Positions 38,401 to 49,011 of a stretch of 64,000 nt of DNA are shown piece after piece. The first letter of the stretch is position 1; each line of letters starts with the position of its first letter. The stretch lies in the NCBI GenBank assembly GCA_030704615.1, contig CM060731.1, positions 74,276,001 to 74,340,000 on the forward strand, written 5' to 3'. The notes beneath the pieces were generated by a model. The model was not told where the DNA came from. It was given only the letters and a program-made list of their open reading frames with translations, and made no database searches. Source of the stretch: Takakia lepidozioides (Eukaryota; Plantae; Bryophyta). The position numbers were made by a program, and so were the translations under genes.

Positions 38401-41400
38401 TTGTTCGTGGATGGGATAATATCCGGAACTAATGTGTCGTTGTTGGTGGACACAGGAGCGTCGCACTCCTTCATGACACCGGCAACGGCACAAAAGCTGG
38501 GACTCCCGACAAGTGACGTGGGGGCCTCTATTGAGGTGCGTTCTGCCAAAAGAGAACCACAGTTGGCGACAAGGTTGGCGATTGATGTTCCTCTTCAACT
38601 GGGGAGTTGGGAGGGACGTGAAACTTCACCATCTGCGAGATCGATGGAGTGGATCTCATTTTGGGGATGACCTTTTTGAGCAAATCCGGAGCGGTCATAG
38701 ATGGCCGCAAGAGAGTAGTCACGCTGCCATGTGGGAATGGTGGCGAGGTTTTACGAGTGTCAGAAACGCCCAAATCCGTGGGAGGGCGAATAAACCTTCT
38801 GTCAGCAAAGGAGTGGGCCGTGGAGGAGGCACACGAGCCCCAGTTTTTGCTTTACATTAGAGAAGTGAAAGGAGAAGGCGATGGGGAGCCGAGCCCAGAT
38901 TGGATCAAGGGGATTTTGGAGAAATACCAGGATGTGATGCCGGAGGATTTACCAAGCGGCTTGCCACCGCGAAGAGGAGTTGACCACAAGATTGAGGTGA
39001 TACCGGGATCGGAACCGCCTGCCAAGGCGCCCTACCGGTTGAGCCACAGAGAGTTGGTCGAGCTGAAGACTCAGCTCAAGGATCTAATGTCAAAGGGGTA
39101 CATCCGGCCGAGTAAGTCACCTTACGGAGCCCCGGTGCTATTCGCAGACAAGAAGGATGGGACGCTGCGGATGTGTGTCGATTACAGGGCTTTGAATAAG
39201 GTGACTATTAAAAACCGGTACCCTTTGCCAAGGATCGACGACCTTTCGATCGGTTGGCAGGAGCGAAGTATTTCAGCCGGATCGACTTGCGCTCCGGCTA
39301 TCATCAAATTCGGGTGGCGGAAGGAGATGAGGAGAAGACCGCGTGCAGGACAAGGTATGGTTCATATGAGTTCTTGGTGATGCCTTTTGGGCTCACCAAT
39401 GCACCAGCGACATTTAGCACGCTGATGAACAGCCTTTTTCAGGAGTGGTTGGATGACTTTGTGATCGTGTACATCGACGACATCTTGGTGTACTCAAAAA
39501 CAAAGGAGGAGCACCTGGAGCACCTCAAAAGGGTGTTCCAAAAATTGCGAGAAGGGAAGCTGTATGCCAAAGCTTCAAAGTGCGAATTCGGGGTCACGAA
39601 AGTGGAGTTCTTGGGGCATGTGATTACACAGGATGGGATCAAAATGGATGACAGAAAGGTGAGGGCGATCTTGGACTGGGAGCCTCCGACTTCGGTCCCG
39701 GGAGTGCGATCCTTCCTAGGACTCGCCTCCTATTACCGGAAGTATGTGAGAAATTTTGCCAAAATCGCGGGGCCGCTGTCAGACCTTCTGTGTAAATCTA
39801 AAGTCTGGGCATGGAACACCTTTTGTGGCCAAGCTTTTGCTGAATTGAAGCAGCGGATGGCGGAAGCTCCAGTCTTGAAAATCCCGGAGTTCGATCGTCC
39901 GTTCGAGATACATACAGATGCGTCGGACTTCGCGATTGGGGGTGTACTGATGCAAGATGGACGTCCAGTGGCTTACGAAAGTAAGAAACTGAATGAAGTG
40001 GAGCGACGGTGGCCGACGCACGAGAAAGAGATGAAGGCGGTGGTGCACTGTCTTGAGCTCTGGCGCCACTATGTTGGTTCCAACCCAGTGAAGGTGTTCA
40101 CGGACAATGTCACGGTGAAGTATTTTGCCACGCAGCCCAAGTTGTCCCCAAAACAACTTAGGTGGCAAGATACTTTGGCGGTGTTCGACGTGGATATCCA
40201 GTACAAACCGGGACGAGACAACGTGGTGGCCGATGCTTTAAGTAGAAAGCAGCAGCTCTTGTTGGTGTACAAGGGCGAGACGGCGCTCCAAAGGAAGATC
40301 CGGAAGGCTTGCCGGAAGGATGAGCTGGCAAAGTCCGTGATGCAGGACTTGAGAATGGGGGTTAAATCGCAGTTCCACTTGCAAAATGGTTGCTCCGGTA
40401 TAAGCAAAAGCGTCTCTACGTACCGAAGGGAGGGATCAGAGATAGCCTCTTGAGAGAATGCCATGATAGCCCGCTTGCGGGCCACGGCGAAGCCAAGCAC
40501 AAAACCGGAGCAAGTACAAAAAGCAAGCGGGGCTGTTACAACCCTTGCCGATTCCAGAGGGGACTTGGGAAAGCGTCTCGATGGATTTCATGACTGCTAT
40601 GCCGCTGTCAAAAGGATTCGATGCAATCATGGTGGTGGTGGATAGGTTCAGTAAAATGGGCCATTTCATCCCCACCAAGGAGACGGCAACGGCGCAGGAG
40701 ACAGGGCGACTTTACTTCGCCCACGTCTTAAAGCATCATGGAGTCCCGAAGGATATTGTCTCGGACCGCGATCCAAAGTTTACGAGTAAATTTTGGAGAG
40801 CACTTTGGAAGAAGATGGGGACGAGGCTGAAGATGAGCACCGCCTTCCGACCTACGACCGACGACCAAACAGAAAGAGTGAATTCCGTAGTGAAGCAGAT
40901 CTTGCGGAATTACGTGTCGGCAGACCAAACAGACTGGGTGGAACACTTAGACGCGGCAGAGTTCTGTTATAATAACACAGAACACTCCGCAACGGGAGTT
41001 TCCCCTTTCGTATTGGTCTATGGAAAAGCACCTCTGGTGCCGACAAGTTGGGCCGCCCAGGACGTTGAGGAACCGGCAGTAGCGGCGGTACTGGAAGAAC
41101 GCGAGCGTTTGTTGAAGCTCGCAAAGTACAACATTGCCAAAGCTAGGAAACGGTATGAAAGGCAGGCGAATCGGAAGCGGAGGGAAGTGAAGTTTGAGGC
41201 AGGCACGGAGGTCTGGTTGAACATCAAGAATTTCCGACTACCTCCGGAAGTGAGTCCGAAGTTCGTACCTCCGTATGCGGGTCCCTTTCGCATTCGGAAG
41301 GTTATGAATGAGGATGTGTATGAATTGGAGCTGCCGGAAAACAGCAAGGTGCACCCAGTATTCCATGTCTCCCTTTTGAAGCCTTACTTCAAAGATGAAG

Positions 41401-41648
41401 CACGTCCGAATCGGCATCAAGTGTTGCGTCCGCCACCTATGCTGTTGGATCATGAAAATGAACCTGAGTACGAGGTGGAGGCAATACTTAAGTCGAGGAG
41501 GTTCAAGAACCGAGAAACGGAGTATCTCGTCAAATGGAAGGGCTATCATCATGTGGAGGCATCTTGGGTGCGTGCCTCAGAAATGGGAAACGCATCCGAG
41601 GCGGTTGCAGCTTTCGAAGGGCGACCTCAAAAGCGGAAGAAGCGTTGA
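38401..41648 (+). pseudogene. pol: Retrotransposon Pol (PR-RT-RH-INT-chromodomain), frameshifted
   Basis: ORFs 38401-38670, 38649-39380, 39254-40453 and 40545-41648 carry [56 protein letters not shown] and the chromodomain. Confidence 0.93.
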
Positions 41649-42555
41649 TGGGGACATCAACCTTGGAGCGTGGGGGAGGAAATGCATGCTTAGCCCGGCT
41701 TAGCTAGCTTAGGGAATCCGATTGCAAAAACTTGTATTATACAAAAAATTGTTATAAAGGAAATGGGTTCCAAATGTTGTGCGTCCTATTTTGTTTGGAA
41801 TGGTGATGCATGGTATGGTTGGCTAGTGTGTAGAATGCATGCTAGCTTATAAAAGTGGGAGAGGTAAATTGGGTTAATCGTGTGTTTGCGTAGTGCCGAA
41901 ATCGGGTGACCCCCATCCAAGGGGCAAGGAAACTTGCGCCTTCTTTGGGAGTTCACGTGCTAGTGCGCACCTGGCGCGTGCGCGTACTATAACTGCGCTA
42001 CCGAGGGGGTTGCCTTGTAGTGCGGGCTAACGCGGAAGCTACGTGCTTCCGTTCACGTACTATAATCGTGTAGCCTCGGGACGAAGTCGTAGTGCGGCTT
42101 CGGCGTGTTCCCGTACCTCAGGCCAGCATTCCAAGGCGGACCCAATTGTAGTGATTGGGGCGCACGGTTGGTTCAAGGTTATCTTCCTAGTCAAAGAGGG
42201 TTCCAGGTGAACCCTTGCTCAAGGTGATGCCAACAGCGGCATCATGAGCGATCGCAAGCAATGTTGTTGCAGTAAGGCGATTTGATCCTCGGGAGGATCG
42301 TTCCTTGGCCTTGAAGTAGGCCAAGAAGAGTGCACTGGGAGGAGCTTAGAGGGGCTCCACCCTTGGCCGGGACTTGGAGGAAGTCGGCCGAACTAGCTAG
42401 TGGAGAGTAGAGTCAGGTGTGGGGTTTGGTTCTTTGCCATGGGACGCCATGGTACGGAAACAAACTCCTTGATGTGGGACGCCACAACTTGGATGTTCGT
42501 TTCTACAAAATGGACAAGTCGATGAGGACATCGACTCCCTGTTGGTAGGGGTGTG

Positions 42556-43281
42556 TGTCGCGGCCCTTTGCCTTGAGGGTAGGGGGTCGGGACACATGAG
42601 GGGCTGCCCCTGTGGTGGGGGCAGCGGCAGCGATAGGTATGGGGGGCTGAAGCACCCTTGAGTGCCCAAGGCACTCAGGGAAGCGGAGGCGCTCACTAGG
42701 TGGAGCCCCGCACACCGGGTTGCGGTGGGGGTGGCTCCACAAAGGGTGGTGGTAGCTTAGCGGGACTTAGTGGGGGTGGCATAGGACTCACCATGGGAGC
42801 AAAGACCTCGTGGTGGGAGTCGTGGGGAGTCTTGGGACTCATCGCGGTCCATAGGGACCGTGGTGAGCGGGCCAAGACTCACCGCGACTCATCACCGGGA
42901 GTCGAGGGTTTTCGTGGTGGTTCGCCATAAAATGGCATGGCTGGTTGTGAAACCCCCGCGGACACCTACAGAAGTATATATAGGGAGTAGTAACCCCGAG
43001 AACGGTGCAAGCCCGTTGGTGACCAAAAACTAGTGAGTAAGCGAGCGAGCCGGAAAGCGACCAAAGAGTGGGGAGCTGTTCCGGACTGCCATCTACCAAA
43101 GGGAATTCTCCTAGTCCCAAATAGGTGGAGGGTTTAGAGGGAAGCCAAGGGGGACCGTTATGTCCCGGTGAGCAGCCGAAGCTCCAAGTTGGCCCGGGCG
43201 GCCAGGTTGGGAGTCAGGCGAGCGCATCAAAGCGAGTAACTATGACTTGAAGGGGAGCTTACCGAAGTGAGGTGCGCGACA
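42556..43281 (+). repeat. 3' LTR
   Basis: Direct repeat of 36396-37121, preceded by a short purine-rich tract ggtagggg. Confidence 0.95.
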
Positions 43282-44375
43282 CTGGACCTCACATGCGGCA
43301 CGGGTAAGACTTCACGTGCTCAGTTTGTCCCCTGGCCCGATTGCAATTGCATGCCGCAAGCTATTAACCGCCCGCTTTGGTCCTCAGGTGCTTCAATGTG
43401 GGCAGGGACGTTGTCCGACAGGCATGTGTTCGCCTTCGAGCCAGATACTGCCCTCCACAACTCGGAACTTGCAGCGGCTGAACGTCTGCCGAAAGAGGAA
43501 GAGGCATCCTCGGAGGATGAGGAAAAATCCGAGAAGGAGCAGGGGGAGGAAGTTGGGATCGAGGCCGAGGAGCCCCCGGTTTACGAGTGAGTGGTGGCAT
43601 TGTAAGTTGCCTCTAGATTTCGTGAGGCACCTCCCTCCGCTCTCTTATTTCATTGAAAACCCTTTCTGGTTGTGCTGGTATTGACATTCTTGAAGTGGAT
43701 TTGTTCTTACTGTAGGATGCCAAGTACTGCCGGAGGGACGTCTACACCGGAGTTCATGGGCAGGAGGAACGTGCCTTTTTTTGCCAGGGGGGATTTCATG
43801 CCTAGTCCAGAAAGGGAGTACATCCTTCCTACTTATGCTGCCCGGCTTGCTTCGGTGTCCATTAGGAGGTGTTCCGAACGTAGTCGTGTACAGCAGATTT
43901 TAGACGAGGCAAGCCTCAAGAAAATGAAGATGAGGGAGGAGGCAGCAGCTATTAGAGCCCGTCGGGCTCGTAGATTTGTGTTGGATTCTGCTGAGGAAAG
44001 TGGGGGAGAAGACGTAGAAGATTCCTAGGAGGTGAGGTGGACATTTTTTAGAGGCATAGTGGAACTGATGCATCACAGAGCTCCGAGGACGAGGGGGATG
44101 AGGGGGATGAGGAAGAAGGTGGGGCAAGTTCATCGGAGGGTGTAGGAGAGTAGTGCCCATTCCGGCTATGACAGTTAGAACACACTTGTATAGACGTGGC
44201 TTGCCACAAAATTTGCAATAAAATGTTGCATTTCAAGTCCACTGGTGCCACATTCCAACTTCACATGACCCTATTTCCATGCCTCCTAACCCTATTTCCG
44301 TGGACTAAAAATGGTCTGCTCATGCTTTTTTTTTTCCGCTCATGCTCATGCCGCTCATGAAATAGCAGCCCCTCA

Positions 44376-44924
44376 TTGGCAGTATCATGTCAAGTCACTC
44401 CAAACTATCAAAGGTTCACTCAACCACCTAGCATGCAGAATTCAACATGGAAACTTAGGGTCAATTATGATAAGAAGGAAAAACAGGGTGAAATGTGTTG
44501 AAGAAGGTGCCTTCATTAGTAGTGCCTGATTTATCAATTCCACCACTACTGCTGCAGCTTCCAATTGACCATCTATCCATGCAGGTTGCTAGTAGCTATT
44601 GATCCACAGGGAATCATAGGAGCTTGAAGTCCAGCCCTCTTCGATGAATCTGGATCCACACTCTATCCCTACTCCTTCAGCTATCCATGCCTGATTTGCA
44701 CAAATCATGCATTCATCCTTGCCTTGCTGCTAGCAGATGACAATGAAAGCCTCGAATTGTTTTGGGAAACACCCAACTCAACTTATCACACCAGTTCCTA
44801 TGCTCAATTGCATCTTCTACTCTCTGTAATCCAATAGGCATTCACCTTTTTGCCTTGATTGTCCAACCGTTGACTGGGGTCAGAAAAGTATTCACTCCAC
44901 AGCTTCTTGTGGTCTCCGTTACCT
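44376..44924 (-). repeat. PPR-associated repeat copy
   Basis: Collinear with 33930-34560 and the reverse complement of 60520-60885. Confidence 0.75.
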
Positions 44925-46748
44925 GTGTTTAGCCATTTCTCCAAGGGGTTTAGCCACGCCAAGCTAGGGTTTGTGTCTCTTGGACTCTAGGCTTCTTTCC
45001 ACCGAGCTATGGCGGCTGTGAGGAAATCAGCAAGGTATTCTTGCTCTTTCGGCTCCCACACACCACCATAGTAGCCCTAAGCCATGAGGTGGTTGCCACA
45101 AACCAAGCCTTCTTTCTCACTTAGCTTCCCCAAACACGCCACTAAACTCAATGGCAAACAACCAAGCCCTGCTGGTTCCTAGCCCTTGTGAGCACTCATT
45201 CAAGCACTCTCCTTGGCCATAGCATCTATCTTAGAGCCTATTCCAGCCCCCTACACCTACTGCTTCAAGAGTTGCGCTCCCTTCAAGCTTGAAGTTGAAA
45301 CCCCAACCTCACATAGGCCCTACAAGTGCTTTTCTTTCACTCCAAGTGGAAACTAGCCCTAGACCTTCCGTTCTAGCTCTCTAAAGCTTGAAAACAAGAG
45401 CCTCAATGGGCTGAAGGCATGCTCCACACATGCCCCACTCTCACCATAAGAGAATCAGCTCCTTTGCTTCATTTCTTGCACCCACAAACCTGAAAATACA
45501 AGCTTCAGCAGGCTGAAAGCATGCTCCACATGACCTACAGGGAAACCAGCCCCTTCCTTCCTTTCTTGCACTCCCACACCTGAAAGTGCAAGCCTTCACC
45601 AGGCTGATAGCATGCTCCACACATGCATTGCCCTCACATAAGGGAAGTCAGCCCTTCCCTCTTCCTTGCTTGCCCTCCAAGCTTGAAGATGGAAGCTTCA
45701 ATGAGCTAAATACATGCTCCACACATGCAACCTCTTCACACAAGAGATATCAGCCCCCTATCTTGGCTCCTTGGCTCCTTGATGCTCTCTAAGACAAGAC
45801 TAAGCACTCCACAGCCTTTGCCAAGCTCCTGAAACCCTAAGGCTTACATTTCCAACCACAAGACACTTCTCTTGTGGTGCAAGAGCTCTTCTTCCAAGCT
45901 CTGAAACCCTAGGTGCACATTCCATGGCCTTGCCGCACCTCTTAGCTCCTGTTCCAGCCCTGCTCTTGCCATGACAAGAGCCCTCTCAATGCTGAAGCTC
46001 GAGATTGAAACCCAATCTCACCATACTCCACAAAGTGCACTGATTTGCCCCAAGCCAAATCAGCCCTTTCGTTTGGTCTTGCAATCCTTCACACAATGAA
46101 AGCTCGCATTCCCAAGTCCAGTTCTCAGCTTTGCCACCAAAGCCACTATAACCTGCTCTTGACTGGTCCTCTTCCCAATCGTGCTTGCTCATGCATGTAC
46201 ACAATCTGAAACCATCAAGGTGCTCTGGAATTACCTGCAGCATGGTGCTTTCATCTCTGAAGCTGAAGATCGAATGCCAAGGTCTACCACCTCGTAACCC
46301 ACATTGCCTCCGCTTCTAACAACCAAGAGCTCCACGGTGCTCCTTGCATAACAACTTGGTTTCTCTCATTCTCAAGCAAAAACCACAAGTGCTACAACTA
46401 ACTCGTATCTGGCACTCACAGATATGAGCTCATCTTTCTCGAGTGATAAAGAAGAAGAATACAAGCACAAGCTCATGCGAGCTCACAAAGCTGAAGCATA
46501 AACTCATGCATATATAACCTCATCACTCAAATACAAGTCAAGCCAAGTGCACCCCACGCCATGGGGAATCCACACTACGGCGCCATAGCTAGGCGCGGTG
46601 AGGCTCAACTCGAGAAAGATGAGCCTCCCGCGCTTGCCGTGAAGATAACCACTCCATGGCCTAAATCTGCCTTGACCCCTGGATTGACACTTGGGCCAAT
46701 CCCAAATGTCAATATGTAAAAGCTAGCTATTTCCTAGCTAGTTTCACA
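44925..46748. mobile_element. Unclassified insertion, possibly LTR or LTR-adjacent sequence, with degenerate tandem repeats
   Basis: Abrupt start inside the PPR-associated repeat. catgctccaca recurs four times at 45418-45725. No coding signal and no TSD found. Confidence 0.35.
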
Positions 46749-46770
46749 CTAGTGGTAAAATAACTTGACA

Positions 46771-48965
46771 TCTAGCCTGCCACCAAGTACACTTCTTGGG
46801 CATGGTAAGCCATATTGCCGCTTCACATTTGGCCAAATGTAAGCACCCCAAAGCATGCATCTTGCAAGGCCTTCTGGGTATGTAAGAACAGCCTGTCATT
46901 GTATATATTCAGGACCTGTGCACATAGGACTCTTGCTGGCCCAGCCTGCAGTAAATCAGACTTCAAACATGCAACCAAGTGATCACTTTGGGCATGACAA
47001 GACTGACTGCGACTTCATTCTACATCATGTACACTTGCCCCAAGATATACATCATGTAAGGCGTTTTGGCATGGAAGAAAGGCCTGCCCTGTCACAGCAT
47101 CCAGATCTGGACATACATACACTTTGAGTGCCCAAGACCAAGCCCACTTGGCCAAGATAAATCATACAATGCAGGTGGCTGTTCATATGGCAAAATAGAG
47201 TAAATAATCATTGGCCAGAGTCCTTTAGAGCTTACCGTCAGTGTTTCACAGGAGGCTAATGCCATGTTTTGCAAATAGAACCTCATTATGCTCCATTCCA
47301 CAACAAAACCAGGTCTGAAAAGAGGCCTGTCACTGCCTTATCAGGCTGTCTTCTTTAACAAAACTCAGGTCTCCTCATCCTTAGAGCCAAACAACTATTT
47401 ATGACTTGTCCCTTACACCATCAATCCTCTTTTAAGGCCAAAAAAAGGGGGCAACCTAGTCTAAAAATCCTCAGGCAAAGCTGTCAAAGATTCAAGACAA
47501 GGTTCGATTCACATGCAGTGCTGCATGAGACAAGGCTGCCAGGGCAAAGTGCTCCATCAGCAGCAGCAAAAGATAAGTCAAAAGCAAACATCATCATGTC
47601 AAACCGGGAGCAAGCGGGCCGAAATCGGGGCTGCATGCAGCAGCAGTATGTTCCTTTTGCGCACATCCTTATCTGCAAGCTCAAGAGAATTCAAAGTAGG
47701 TAGGGATCCTCACCTGGTCCCATCACAAGCCCCCACAAAAACCAATGGGTTAGTGAGGATTGTGGAACCCCAGGTGAATCACAGACCCCTACACTTGTTA
47801 TCGATGTCAACTAGGAACCCGAAAAGCAAGAGAGAAAGATATGAAGTAAGAGGAACCCTAATCGCCAAAAGCACGTTGAGCGATTGGGGAAGGTAACACT
47901 GCGCCATCGCCACCAACACGCCACCTCTAGCACAGCTAAGGAGAAGCGAAGAATACAATTGCTAGGTCTAAGAAGGGAGAGGGAGCGATATACTTCCCCA
48001 CCAAAGCGCCACTGCGAAACATAAAAGCCGGAGGAGGGAAAGGGACGATGCCATCACAACGGGTTCTCCCGCCTGTGTGTAGAGACAAGATGCCGCCATT
48101 GCGCATCCCCAGGAGCTCGTCCGGCATGAAGCAGCAGACAGGGTAGCAGCAGAGCTCAGACGCCATAACTCGCGAGCCCAGCAGCACGAAGAATGCAGCT
48201 GACAGCGGGAGAGACACCCTAGGGCAGAGCCCGATTTTTCATCCGAAGGATGAATAATCAATATCCTTTCTCTTAAAAACCCGACGGATGTCATCCGTTA
48301 GCTAGGTTTAACCAGTAGATTATAGGGTAGGAGTTAGGGTTTCACTCCTTAATTAACAATAATTAAGTGTAATTAAAAAATCTCCATGGCCATCATAAGC
48401 TGTTTTTTTCATCCGGTCCAAATGAAAAAATAAATAGGTTCATTTGTTTGGATGAGGTCCATCAGCAAGATGAAAAATTAGTATCCATCATCCAGGGCAG
48501 TGGTTTTTCATCCTAACAGGTAATTCATCATCCCTTAAGAGAAAGCCTCATCCAGTACGGAAAAAAAGCATAAAGGGGGAATAAAACGAATTCAAATCCT
48601 GGTATTTTTCATCCGGCATGGATGGAAAAATTATAGATAGGATGCCAATGTCATAACCCTTATGGAGGTAATTCCTCATTCTCTGGTGACTCATCTGATA
48701 TAGATGAAAGTCAATAAAAGAGGAATGAAAAATTATAGGTCCTTTTTAAAGGTACTTTAGTGTCCACCCAAGTGATTCTTCCGGTATGGATAGAAAACCT
48801 TTACAAGTCGGGTGAAAACACCTTTTTGAGTCCATCTGGTATAGATGGAAGATCATGAAAAGAACACTGATGCAACCGGCCAGTTCCGAGGAGGGAGACA
48901 GAGGGAGACAGAGGGAGAGAGGGGGCAACAAAGAAAAAACAAAAAGGTGGGGGGGGGGGGGGGGA
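46771..48965 (+). repeat. Copy 1 of a ~2.2 kb near-identical direct repeat
   Basis: Collinear with 51847-54024 (offset about 5076). The distal part is rich in catcc/ggatg motifs. Confidence 0.95.
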
Positions 48966-49011
48966 GTGACTGAGTAGCAACTACTCAGTCACTCCCCCCC
49001 CCCCCCACCTT
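48944..49011. repeat. G-run/C-run flanked palindrome, copy 1
   Basis: aaggt-G16-agtgactgagtag-caa-ctactcagtcact-C13-acctt. Confidence 0.9.

Larger units (their letters stand above)
36396..43281 (+). mobile_element. Full-length Ty3/gypsy chromovirus LTR retrotransposon (6886 bp), now defective
   Basis: 726-bp LTRs with TGTCGCG...CGCGACA ends, tRNA-Met PBS, gag with CCHC knuckle, protease DTGA, RT YIDD, RNase H, integrase, and chromodomain EYEVEAIL...YLVKWKGY...SW. Several frameshifts and a deletion in the integrase zinc region near 40490. Confidence 0.97.
34936..44153 (+). pseudogene. Spliced beta-class amino DNA methyltransferase (N6_N4_Mtase-like) gene, 5'-truncated, disrupted by two frameshifts and an LTR retrotransposon insertion
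   Basis: Exons about 34936-36061, 36150-36395 joined to 43285-43303, 43388-43586 and 43716-44153, with GT-AG introns 36062-36149, 43304-43387 and 43587-43715. Reconstruction: CDMILLDIPDG (motif IV-like), LAGMLLDDGGCVVV, EAYCFVK, RTRSPAFIQTLMESCSDVQGRILDLTCGTGASMWAGTLSDRHVFAFEPD (motifs X, I, II). Catalytic motif before the SAM motif is the beta order. Confidence 0.8.

Noticed and set aside
45380-45730. CRISPR-like array
   Set aside because: Units are degenerate, spacers resemble each other, spacing is irregular, and there are no cas genes.
46747-46765. CACTAGTGGTAAAA as a fourth CACTA terminus
   Set aside because: No subterminal repeats follow it and no partner end is seen, so it may be a chance match.
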